Below, in pieces: positions 28,938-37,662 of a stretch of 64,000 nucleotides of DNA. The notes below the pieces were generated by a model. That model saw only the letters and a list, made by a program, of their open reading frames with translations. It had not been told where the DNA came from and ran no database searches. Position 1 is the stretch's first letter. The number at the start of each line of letters is the position of its first letter. The stretch is from an uncultured Gemmatimonadaceae bacterium. GTDB taxonomy: Bacteria > Gemmatimonadota > Gemmatimonadetes > Gemmatimonadales > Gemmatimonadaceae. Made by a program: the position numbers and the translations under genes. The stretch covers positions 256,001-320,000 of the forward strand of contig CAWBOC010000006.1 in NCBI GenBank assembly GCA_963790305.1. The letters run 5' to 3'.

Positions 28938-29857
28938 GGAAGATCGAAGGCGGAATTCGGAATGCGGATTCGGAATCGGCAGGCATCCTTCCGCATTCCG
29001 CATTCCGTATTACGGACTGCCACATCCACATCCAGCCCTGGCGGCAGCTCAAGCCCGCCGTGATGGAGACCATGCGGCGCGGCAAGGAGGATCGCTTCGA
29101 GTTCCTGCTCGCGCTGATGGACGATCCCAAGCTCCTGCTTCGGATCATGGATGAGGAGGGCATCGACCGCGTCGGCATGGTGAACTATCCGAGCCCTGAT
29201 CTCATGGGGTTCACCAACGACACCAACGACTTCGCCGCTCGTTATGCGGAAGCGGACCCACGCCGGTTGATTCCCTACGGTGGCGTACACCCGCGTTTCG
29301 CCAAGGATGCAGCCGGTGAGGTGCGGCGACTCGTCGAGCTGGGCGTTCGGATGCTCAAGATTCATCCAAACCACCAATGCTTCCCCGCCAACGCGTACAC
29401 CGAAGGGCTCGATGCACTCGGCGTGTTGTACAAGGCGTGCGAGGATCACGGGCTGCCGGTCATGATTCACACCGGGACGAGCATCTTTCCGGGGGCGCGA
29501 AGCAAATGGGGAAATCCGATGGAGATGGATGACGTCGCCATCGACTTCCCGGACCTGCCCCTGGTGATGGCGCACGGCGGACGCCCGCTGTACATGGCCG
29601 AAGCGTTCTTCATCCTCCGGCGGCATAAACGCGTCTGGCTCGATCTCTCGGGAATTCCGCCGAAGGGCCTCCTCGGATACTTCCCGCGCATCGCCGAGCT
29701 CGAGGCGCAGCTGCTGTGGGGGACGGACTGGCCAAGTCCGGGTGTCGAGAGCATGCGCCGCAACGTCGATGACTTCCTCGGGCTGGCGCTGCCCGAGAGC
29801 ATCAAGCGCGCGGCGCTGGAGACAAATCCCGAGCGGCTACTACCCACGACAGTCTGA
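28934..29857 (+). CDS. Amidohydrolase_2 family metal-dependent hydrolase or decarboxylase
   Basis: DCHIH, LKIHP, IHTG, AHGG, WGTDWP. Confidence 0.85.
   Translation: MRKIEGGIRNADSESAGILPHSAFRITDCHIHIQPWRQLKPAVMETMRRGKEDRFEFLLALMDDPKLLLRIMDEEGIDRVGMVNYPSPDLMGFTNDTNDFAARYAEADPRRLIPYGGVHPRFAKDAAGEVRRLVELGVRMLKIHPNHQCFPANAYTEGLDALGVLYKACEDHGLPVMIHTGTSIFPGARSKWGNPMEMDDVAIDFPDLPLVMAHGGRPLYMAEAFFILRRHKRVWLDLSGIPPKGLLGYFPRIAELEAQLLWGTDWPSPGVESMRRNVDDFLGLALPESIKRAALETNPERLLPTTV
28946..29011. repeat. Degenerate heptamer inverted repeat inside the 5' coding region of the amidohydrolase
   Basis: GAAGGCG-GAATTCG-GAATGCG-GATTCG... paired with TTCCGCA-TTCCGCA-TTCCGTA. Confidence 0.8.
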
Positions 29858-29946
29858 TTGCCGCTTCTGGCCGCTGAGTGCCTTCGGAAGTAGGTTCTGC
29901 TCGCAACGAGCCGACACGAAGAACTCTCAAGACGGAGGCCCCCGAC

Positions 29947-31377
29947 GTGACGCGGTTCGCCATCCTCGCAGTCGCCGCTACCACTGCCTGCGCTTCCGGA
30001 AGCACGACAGCGCGTACGCCGACGACATCGAGTACTCCTGCAACGGAGACGAGCGCTCAAGGTGCCGCGGGATCGGGCGCCCTCTCGTCCCCGCTCGCCG
30101 ATCCATTCCCGAGTACCTACGCACCATTTCCGTCGCGGCCGACGGTCATCCGCAACGTCACGATCTTCACCGCCGCGGGACCGCGCATCGCGAACGGCGC
30201 GATTCTCCTTCGAGATGGCAAGATCGCCGCCGTCGGCGCGACCGTGGATGCGCCGGCTGATGCCGTCGTGATCGACGGCTCGGGAAAGTTCGTCACGCCG
30301 GGCCTGGTCGATAACCATTCGCACATGGGCGTGTACGCCGCACCGGGCGTGCAGGCCAACAGCGACGGGAACGAAGCGACCAACCCGGTTACCGCGAACG
30401 TGTGGGCAGAGCACTCGGTGTGGCCGCAGGATCCGCAGTTTCCGCGGGCATTGGCGGGGGGTATTACCACCGCGCAGATCCTCCCCGGCTCGGCGAACCT
30501 CATCGGCGGGCGGTCGGTCGTGCTCAAGGTCGTTCCCGCCCGCACCGTGCAGGCGATGAAGTTCCCCGGGGCAAAGTACGGTCTGAAAATGGCCTGCGGC
30601 GAGAATCCAAAGCGCGTCTATGCGAGCCGCGGTCCGTCCACACGCATGGGAAATGTCGCCGGCTATCGCAACGCATGGATTCAGGCGGAGCAATACCGCC
30701 GTCGCTGGGACAAGTGGCTGGCCGACAAGAAAGGTGAGCCGCCCGGTCGGGATCTCGGCAACGAGACGCTGGCCGAGGTGCTGCGCGGCAACATTCTCAT
30801 CCACAACCATTGCTATCGTGCCGATGAGATGGCGCAGATGATCGACATCGCGAAGGAATTCGGCTACCGGATTCGCGCGTTCCACCACGGCGTCGAGGCA
30901 TACAAGATCGCCGACTTGCTGGCCCGGGATTCGATTGCGGCGTCGATCTGGGCCGACTGGGGCGCCTTCAAGATGGAAGCGCTGGATGGCGTAAAGGGGA
31001 ACATGGCTCTCGTGCACCAGGCCGGAGGGCGCACGGTCGTCCACTCCGACGATCCGTCGGGCATTCAGCGACTCAATCAGGAAGCCGCCAAGGGGATCGC
31101 CGCTGGCGCGGCGTTAGGCGTCACGGTCAGCGAGGACGACGCGATCAAGTGGTTGACGCTGAATCCGGCATGGTCACTCGGCCTGGACGACCGCATCGGC
31201 TCGATCGAGGTCGGCAAGAACGCCGACATCGTACTGTGGAGCGGCAATCCGTTCAGCGTGTACTCGCGCGCCGAGCGTGTGTGGATCGACGGGGCGCAGA
31301 TGTTCGACCGCTCCGACGCCACGGAAGCCTGGCGCACGGATTTCGAGCTTGGCTTCGTGCGGCGGAGCGGACAATGA
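29947..31377 (+). CDS. Exported amidohydrolase (Amidohydro_1), possibly a lipoprotein
   Basis: GGAGG then GTG start, signal peptide ending in Cys, TPGLVDNHSH, GLKMACGENPK, HNHC, HHG, HSDD. Confidence 0.85.
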   Translation: MTRFAILAVAATTACASGSTTARTPTTSSTPATETSAQGAAGSGALSSPLADPFPSTYAPFPSRPTVIRNVTIFTAAGPRIANGAILLRDGKIAAVGATVDAPADAVVIDGSGKFVTPGLVDNHSHMGVYAAPGVQANSDGNEATNPVTANVWAEHSVWPQDPQFPRALAGGITTAQILPGSANLIGGRSVVLKVVPARTVQAMKFPGAKYGLKMACGENPKRVYASRGPSTRMGNVAGYRNAWIQAEQYRRRWDKWLADKKGEPPGRDLGNETLAEVLRGNILIHNHCYRADEMAQMIDIAKEFGYRIRAFHHGVEAYKIADLLARDSIAASIWADWGAFKMEALDGVKGNMALVHQAGGRTVVHSDDPSGIQRLNQEAAKGIAAGAALGVTVSEDDAIKWLTLNPAWSLGLDDRIGSIEVGKNADIVLWSGNPFSVYSRAERVWIDGAQMFDRSDATEAWRTDFELGFVRRSGQ

Positions 31378-32654
31378 GAATGACAACGGCGTTAGGGGTG
31401 CTGGTGGCGCTGGGGCTCGTCGTCACCGCACAGGCGCAGACGATCGCCATCGTCGGTGGTCGCGTGCTCCCGGTGAGCGGCCCGCCTATCGACGGCGGCA
31501 CGGTCATTATTCGTGACGGCAGGATTACGGCGGTGGGACGTGACGTCGCCATTCCCGAGGGCGCTCAGCGCATTGACGCGGCCGGAAAATGGGTGACCCC
31601 CGGCATCATCAACCCGGCGACGCAGCTCGGCCTGGTCGAGGTCGGACAGGTGCGTGAAACGCGAAACGCCACCGCCAGGGGAGATGAAGCGAGCGCTGTC
31701 CGCGCCGCGTTTACCGTGTGGGATGGCTTGAACCCGCTCTCCGTGCTGTTCGCCCCTGCGCGCAACGAAGGGGTGACGACCGTCGCGGTCCTCCCCACCG
31801 GTGGGCTCGTGTCGGGACAGGGCGCGCTGGTCGACATCGTGGATGGCGGCGTCAGCGACATGATGGTGAGATCGCCTATCGCGATGGTTGCGCAGGTAGG
31901 CGACCCCGAGTCGGCGAACGCAGACTCGCGCGGCGAGCTCCTGCTTCGTCTGCGCGAGCTGCTCGAGGATTCGCGCGCGTATGCTCGCCGCCGGGCGGAC
32001 TTCGAGCGAGCGCAGACGCGCGCGTTCGCGGCCAGCCGACTCGATCTCGAGGCGATGCAGCCCGTGCTCGCCGGGCGCCTTCCGCTGCTCGTCGTCGCCG
32101 ACAAGGCGAGTGACATCGAGGCGGCGCTCCGTCTGGCGCGCGACTACAGCCTGCGACTCATCATTGGCAGCGGCGCCGAGGCGTGGATGGTTGCCGACAA
32201 GCTGGCGGCAGCGAAGGTGCCGGTGCTGGTCGGGTCGATGGTCAACATCCCCGGAAGCTTTGCCACGTTAGGCGCACGGCAGGAGAATCCCGGCTTGCTG
32301 CGGCGGGCGGGAGTCGACGTCGCCCTCATCGGGACGGGCAGCGACCCCGACGCGTTCAACGTGCGCAACATCAAGCAGGAGGCTGGGAACGCGGTCGCTT
32401 ACGGGATGACCTGGGACGACGCGCTGCGGGCGATCACGTTGACGCCGGCCGAGCTGTTCGGAGTAGCGGACCGGTACGGCTCGCTACAGCCAGGCCGTGT
32501 CGCCAACGTCGTCGTCTGGAGTGGTGATCCCTTCGAGTTCTCCACGCGGGTCGAGCACGTGTTCGTGCGCGGAGTGAGATCGATGGCGCCCTCTCGTCAG
32601 GACGAGCTCATGACGCGGTACAAGACGCTCCCACCGTCATACAGGAGGCCGTAA
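31374..32654 (+). CDS. Exported amidohydrolase-fold protein lacking the metal-binding residues
   Basis: Signal peptide and same fold ends, but NPATQ replaces the HxH motif. Confidence 0.8.
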   Translation: MRMTTALGVLVALGLVVTAQAQTIAIVGGRVLPVSGPPIDGGTVIIRDGRITAVGRDVAIPEGAQRIDAAGKWVTPGIINPATQLGLVEVGQVRETRNATARGDEASAVRAAFTVWDGLNPLSVLFAPARNEGVTTVAVLPTGGLVSGQGALVDIVDGGVSDMMVRSPIAMVAQVGDPESANADSRGELLLRLRELLEDSRAYARRRADFERAQTRAFAASRLDLEAMQPVLAGRLPLLVVADKASDIEAALRLARDYSLRLIIGSGAEAWMVADKLAAAKVPVLVGSMVNIPGSFATLGARQENPGLLRRAGVDVALIGTGSDPDAFNVRNIKQEAGNAVAYGMTWDDALRAITLTPAELFGVADRYGSLQPGRVANVVVWSGDPFEFSTRVEHVFVRGVRSMAPSRQDELMTRYKTLPPSYRRP

Positions 32655-32657
32655 GGC

Positions 32658-32697
32658 GAATGCGGAAAAGCGGATCATGCATCCGCGTTCCGCGTTC
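32658..32697. repeat. Short heptamer-type hairpin between convergent genes (possible bidirectional terminator)
   Basis: GAATGCG-GAAAAGCG-GAT-CATGC-ATCCGCG-TTCCGCG-TTC. Confidence 0.7.
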
Positions 32698-32965
32698 CCC
32701 CCTGCTCGGTCAACTTTGCGTCCAGCGACGCCACCTCGGCTTCATGCGCCGCGAGCGTCGCGGTCAGGCTGGCGTAGAGGTCGGGGTCGATCTCGCGCCC
32801 TTCGACTTTGGCGCGATACACCGCGTATCCAAGCGCCTGCGCCGCGCGATCAGCGAGCTGTCGCGCGCGCAACGCCTCGAGGCGAAGCCGCCCTTCGTCG
32901 AACGCGCTCTGCGCGACCCGACCGGCGCGGTCGAGCTCGGTGCGGAGTTTTGTCCATAGTGCCAT
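32675..32965 (-). CDS. Small helical hypothetical protein
   Basis: 96-aa ORF with GGGAGG ribosome-binding site and coiled-coil character. Confidence 0.7.
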   Translation of the reverse strand: MALWTKLRTELDRAGRVAQSAFDEGRLRLEALRARQLADRAAQALGYAVYRAKVEGREIDPDLYASLTATLAAHEAEVASLDAKLTEQGGTRNADA

Positions 32966-33043
32966 GCGTGCCTCCCGACGAGTGCTGTTTCCTACGGCCG
33001 GCGCGCGGACCCCGTTTCATGACCGCAGCCGTGCAGAATGCGA

Positions 33044-33068
33044 AACGCCCTCACACCGTGAGGGCGTT
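33044..33068 (-). terminator. Probable intrinsic terminator of rplU-rpmA
   Basis: AACGCCCTCAC-ACC-GTGAGGGCGTT 11-bp stem just downstream of rpmA. Confidence 0.75.
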
Positions 33069-33094
33069 GCATGTCTGCCGCGCGACCGGTCCGG

Positions 33095-33367
33095 TCAGGC
33101 TGCGGTCGTCGACGCCTCGGGATAGACGCTGACCTTATAGCGCGTCTTGTTCTTGTGCTCGAACTTCACGACGCCGTCGATGAGCGAAAAGATCGTGAAG
33201 TCGGAGCCGAGGCCCACGTTGCGTCCGGGGTGGTACTTCGTGCCGCACTGCCGGATGATGATGTTCCCGGCGCGAACGCGCTCCCCCCCGTACTTCTTGA
33301 CGCCGCGATACTTCGGATTGCTATCGCGACCGTTGCGGCTGGAGCCGACACCCTTTTTATGAGCCAT
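33095..33367 (-). CDS. rpmA: 50S ribosomal protein L27
   Basis: [26 protein letters not shown]. Confidence 0.98.
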   Translation of the reverse strand: MAHKKGVGSSRNGRDSNPKYRGVKKYGGERVRAGNIIIRQCGTKYHPGRNVGLGSDFTIFSLIDGVVKFEHKNKTRYKVSVYPEASTTAA

Positions 33368-33376
33368 ACTCGCCTC

Positions 33377-33694
33377 TCAGCCGAGCGTAATGTCGTTGAT
33401 GCGGACCTCGGTGAACCCCTGCCGATGGCCCTGCTTTTTCGAGTAGTTCTTCCGGCGCTTGAACTTGAAGACGACGATCTTGTCGCCCTTGCCGTGCTTG
33501 ACGACTTCGGCGGTCACCTTGGCGCCCGACACGAGCGGCGCGCCGGCGAAGACTTTCGTCCCATCAGAGCCGAGGAGCACTTCGTCGAACGTGATGCTAT
33601 CGCCCGCGTCGGCCTGAAGGCTTGGGATACGGAGCGTCTTCCCCGGTTCGGCACGAAACTGCTTGCCGCCGGTGCGAATGATTGCGTAAGTCAT
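33377..33694 (-). CDS. rplU: 50S ribosomal protein L21
   Basis: YAIIRTGGKQ, KRRKNYSKKQGHRQ. Confidence 0.98.
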   Translation of the reverse strand: MTYAIIRTGGKQFRAEPGKTLRIPSLQADAGDSITFDEVLLGSDGTKVFAGAPLVSGAKVTAEVVKHGKGDKIVVFKFKRRKNYSKKQGHRQGFTEVRINDITLG

Positions 33695-33734
33695 TTGTCT
33701 GCGGGAAGAACCGAGTAACTGATATAGTCGTAAT

Positions 33735-33763
33735 AACTTAGACGGACGGTCAACGCCTGTCAA
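33735..33763 (-). promoter_or_regulatory. Sigma70 promoter of rplU-rpmA
   Basis: TTGACA-N17-TAAGTT. Confidence 0.75.
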
Positions 33764-33766
33764 CTG

Positions 33767-33876
33767 GGGATCAGGAGTCAGGAGTCAGGGATCAGGGGGT
33801 TTCAGGGGAGTGGGTGAAAGGAGAGTGGCTTACGCGCTCCCTGCCGCCCATTCCCTCAAGCCGCCTGATCCCTGAC
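33767..33876. repeat. Heptamer array (GGRRTCA)4 with a 13-bp inverted copy
   Basis: GGGATCA-GGAGTCA-GGAGTCA-GGGATCA at 33767-33794; GTCAGGGATCAGG (33784-33796) pairs with CCTGATCCCTGAC (33864-33876). Confidence 0.8.
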
Positions 33877-35436
33877 TACGCGACGGCGTACTGCTGCGTT
33901 ACGTCCCGTTCCGCTCCCTTCACGACGAGTTTGAACTCATCAGGCTTGAGTAAGGGATCATCGCGCAGCTCGAGGCCAAATCCCGCCTGCTTCTCGAGCT
34001 TTTTCACCAGATCGTGCTCCCGCTCCAGCACGTACATCGCGACGTCTGGATGCAGCTTCACGATCAGGTTGTCGCGACGACCCTCCACCGCCATGCGCTT
34101 CACCGAGCGCTCCATGCGGCGGATGATCGTCTCCGGGGTGAATACGCGGCCGGTTCCCTGACAGGTGGGACACGGCTCCGTCATGTTCTGCAGGTGGCTC
34201 TGTCGCACCCGCTGCCGCGTCATTCTCGATCAAGCCCAGGTCACTGACGCCGAACGCCTTCGTTCGCGCGCGGTCGCGGCCCAGGTGGGTGCGCAGCTCC
34301 TGGAGCACCTTGTCGCGGTTGGCTCGCGTCTCCATGTCGATGAAGTCGCAGACGATGATGCCGCCGATGTCGCGCAACCGAATCTGACGTGCGACTTCGC
34401 GCGCGGCCTCGGTGTTCGTCTTCAGAATCGTTTTCTCGGGATCCTTCTTTCCGGTGTATCGACCCGAGTTGATGTCGATCGACACCAGCGCCTCGGTTTG
34501 CTCGATGATGATGTAGCCGCCCGACGGCAGGTCGCATCGCCGCTTGAACAGGTCGCGGATCTCCGTCTCGATGTCCGCCTTGTCGAAGAGCGGGTTGGGC
34601 GCGTCGTAGAGATCCACGCGCTCGGAGAGCTCCGGCGCGATGCCCTTGAGATACTCACTGATCTCGTTGTAGAGCTGCTTCGAGTCGACCGTGAGCTTGT
34701 CGACCTTCGTGCTGAACAGATCGCGGATGATGCCGCGTGTGAGGCTCGTCTCGCGATGGACGAGCGCCGGCGCGCGCGTGAAGTGGGTCTTCTTCTTCAC
34801 CCGCTTCCAGTTGCTGATGAGGGTGTTGAGCTCGCGCTTGAAGGTTTCCTGCGTGGCATCCTCACCCACCGTGCGGACGATGACGCCGCCGGAATCCTTC
34901 GGGAGCACCTCCTGCACCATCTCGCGCAGTCGCTGACGCTCGGCGCGGTCGCCGATCTTGCGGCTGACCCCGACTCGTGACGCGAATGGCATGTAGACGA
35001 GAAACCGGCCGGCGAGGGAGATCTGGGCCGTGACGCGAGGCCCTTTCGTGGAAATTGGCTCCTTGGAGATCTGAACGATGATCTCCTGCCCTCGCTTCAG
35101 CTGGTCCTGGATGGGCGGCGCCTTGGCGCGGCGCGCGTTCTTCTCGTCGTCGTCGTCGCCGTTGGCGTCGTCTTCGTCGCCATTGTCGTCGTCCTTCTCC
35201 TCATCATCCGCGACGACGAGGTCCGACGCATGGAGAAAGGCGCTCTTCTCGGTGCCGATGTTGACGAACGCGGCCTGAATACCTGGAAGAACCGCCTCTA
35301 CCTTGCCCAGATAAATGTCGCCGACCATCCGCCGCGCATCCGGGCGGTCGACGAGGAGCTCGACAAGCTGGTCATCCTCCAGGATCGCGACTCGGGTTTC
35401 CCGCGGATTCGCATTGATGAGGATCTCTCGCTTCAT
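33876..35436 (-). CDS. Ribonuclease E/G family (RNase G-like length); one extra base near 34224
   Basis: GDIYLGKV..PGIQAAFV S1 domain, KGPRVT, DINSG, LRDIGGIIVCDFIDM, then MTRQR..CPTCQG in the next frame. Confidence 0.92.
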
Positions 35437-35835
35437 ACACACGCATGGCCCGACCCGGTCGTGGCGACTCGACGCACGAGGCGGAGGGGCGCATTCCAAT
35501 GGTGGCGACGATCGCGGGACGTCGACTCGAGGTCGTGCGGCGCGCAATCGCGAATGGGATGGGGGTCTCAGGGAACGTCTGAATCGTCCACGCTCTCCTC
35601 GCCTCGATCAGACACGGCGTAGTCGCGCGCGCTCTCGGGAGCGCTGCGCGGGCCATGTGGTCGAGTGTGGAGCGGGAGATCGTGCGATTCATCGCTTTCG
35701 TGAGCGACAGCGCGCCCGGAGAGTAGACGTTGGCGCGGGATTGAACCGATCCGCACCAACCGGATAGCTCACCGATGGCCTCGAGTCGCCCGGCCAGCGG
35801 TGCACGTGACAGTCGTGAGCGGCTCCTGCGCCGCT
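35437..35835 (-). ncRNA. Candidate structured 5' leader of the RNase E/G gene
   Basis: ~400 nt with no convincing ORF between promoter and ATG; several nested inverted repeats. Confidence 0.45.
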
Positions 35836-35840
35836 GCTCA

Positions 35841-35870
35841 AGTATAGACGCGACCTGTCGGGTTTTGCAA
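35841..35870 (-). promoter_or_regulatory. Sigma70 promoter upstream of the RNase E/G leader
   Basis: TTGCAA-N18-TATACT. Confidence 0.65.
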
Positions 35871-35883
35871 CGCCGCCAACGAC

Positions 35884-36438
35884 TTACGCTCCGCGCCGCA
35901 TGCGGAAGATGAGGTAGGCAAGCACTGCGGCGAATCCGAGGGCGGCGCGCCACTCACCGTGCCGCATGTAGAGGTTGAAGTCGAACCCTTCGCGGTCGCC
36001 CGTCCTCGCGGTGGCGGCACGCCAGGGTGTCGGGCGCGGAACGAAGGAGGGAACGTTGCGCTCCCACTCGTCATAGGCCTCGGGAAAGCGCGCGCGAATT
36101 CCCACCCGCTCATCCCGGATCGTGGGCCCGTAGATCAGCACGAAGAACGCAATGACGAGCAGAAGCAGGCTCCAATGGGCAGCGATGGCGAAGCCCGCCG
36201 CGATGAGAAAGGAGCCGAAGTACAACGGGTTCCGTGTGTGGGCGTATGGGCCCGTCGTGGCGAGGCGGTCGTTCTTCACGATGTGGCCCGCCGCCCATGC
36301 TCGAACGAACAGTCCGGCGAACGCGATTGCCGTCCCTACGACGAGGGTGACCAGCGTGGGGCGAGCGACGACGAGGTAGCCGGCAGCGAGCAGGAATCCG
36401 AGCGGGACCCGAATGCGGCGCGCCAGCTCGCGATTCAA
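35884..36438 (-). CDS. Isoprenylcysteine carboxylmethyltransferase / PEMT family membrane protein
   Basis: [17 protein letters not shown], transmembrane helices, VPSFVP; TTG start overlaps the upstream stop. Confidence 0.85.
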   Translation of the reverse strand: MNRELARRIRVPLGFLLAAGYLVVARPTLVTLVVGTAIAFAGLFVRAWAAGHIVKNDRLATTGPYAHTRNPLYFGSFLIAAGFAIAAHWSLLLLVIAFFVLIYGPTIRDERVGIRARFPEAYDEWERNVPSFVPRPTPWRAATARTGDREGFDFNLYMRHGEWRAALGFAAVLAYLIFRMRRGA

Positions 36439-37652
36439 TCCGCGAGCTCCCGCAGGAGATGTCGGGCGATCACGATCCGCTGAATCTCGGACGTGCCTTC
36501 CCCGATCTCGCAGATCTTCGCGTCTCGCATCATGCGCTCGACCGGATACTCCTTCGTGTAGCCATAGCCGCCGTGCACTTGAATCGCCTTGATCGTCGTT
36601 CGCATCGCGAGCTCGGATGCGAACAGCTTCGCGATGGCAGCCTCCTTCGCGAACGGCCGGCCGTTCTGCGCCAGCCACGCCGCGTGATAGACGAGGTGAG
36701 TGGCCGCGGCAATCTCGGTCGCCATGTCGGAAAGCTGAAACTGCACGCCCTGGAAGTCGAAGATGCGCTTCCCGAATTGCCGGCGAATGCTCGCATAGCG
36801 GAGTGCCTGCTCGAAGGCGCCCTCGGCGATTCCTAACGAGAGGGCGGCGATCCCGATGCGTCCGGAATCGAGCGTCCGCATGAAGTTCGTGAACCCCTCC
36901 CCTTCCTCGCCGAGGAGGTTCTCGGCGGGGACCTCGACGTCCTGAAAAAAGAGCGCTCGCGTGTCCGACGCGCGCCAGCCGAGCTTGTCCTCTTTCTTGC
37001 CGGCGTTGAATCCCTTCATGACGGGCAAGGAGGCCTCGTGCCCGATTCCAAGCTCGCGGGTCTTGTCGAGGTCGCAGGTCTCCTTCGTGAGGATGAAGGA
37101 GCTGATGCCCTTGGTGCCTTTCGAGGGATCGGTAACGGCAGTGGCGACAAAAATCTCACCCACGCCGGCGTGGGTGATGAAGATCTTCGACCCGTTCAGG
37201 ACGTAGTGTCCGTTCCGACGCTCTGCGGTAGTCCGCGTTCCCGCGGCGTCGCTTCCCGCCGAGGGCTCCGTGAGCCCAAAGCCACCGAGGACGCGGCCGC
37301 TGGCCAATAGCGGCACATAGCGCTTCTTCTGCGCCTCGGTCCCGAAATGGACGATCGGTGACGTCCCGAGCGTGGTGTGCGCGGAGATGGTGATCGCGTG
37401 AGACGCATCGACTTTCGCCATCTCGTGGATGGTCAGGATGTAGGCGATGTAGTCGAAGCCGGCGCCGCCCAGCGCTTCAGACCACGGAACGCCGAGGAGG
37501 CCGAGCTCTCCCATACGCTTCACATTCTCCCAGGGAAACTCGGACCGCTCGTCCAGCGCCGCTGCCACGGGGGCGACGTGCTCGAGCGCGAACTCGCGTA
37601 CCATGTCGCGGACGGCGTAGTGTTGTTCAGTGAAATACAAGGATTCGGTCAT
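36435..37652 (-). CDS. Acyl-CoA dehydrogenase (short/branched-chain type)
   Basis: [43 protein letters not shown]. Confidence 0.93.
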   Translation of the reverse strand: MTESLYFTEQHYAVRDMVREFALEHVAPVAAALDERSEFPWENVKRMGELGLLGVPWSEALGGAGFDYIAYILTIHEMAKVDASHAITISAHTTLGTSPIVHFGTEAQKKRYVPLLASGRVLGGFGLTEPSAGSDAAGTRTTAERRNGHYVLNGSKIFITHAGVGEIFVATAVTDPSKGTKGISSFILTKETCDLDKTRELGIGHEASLPVMKGFNAGKKEDKLGWRASDTRALFFQDVEVPAENLLGEEGEGFTNFMRTLDSGRIGIAALSLGIAEGAFEQALRYASIRRQFGKRIFDFQGVQFQLSDMATEIAAATHLVYHAAWLAQNGRPFAKEAAIAKLFASELAMRTTIKAIQVHGGYGYTKEYPVERMMRDAKICEIGEGTSEIQRIVIARHLLRELAD

Positions 37653-37662
37653 ACCGGTCTCG

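Noticed and set aside
35437..35835. RNase P RNA, tmRNA or cobalamin riboswitch in the long intergenic region
   Set aside because: I could not find their hallmark sequences by eye; kept only as an unassigned structured leader pending an Rfam search.
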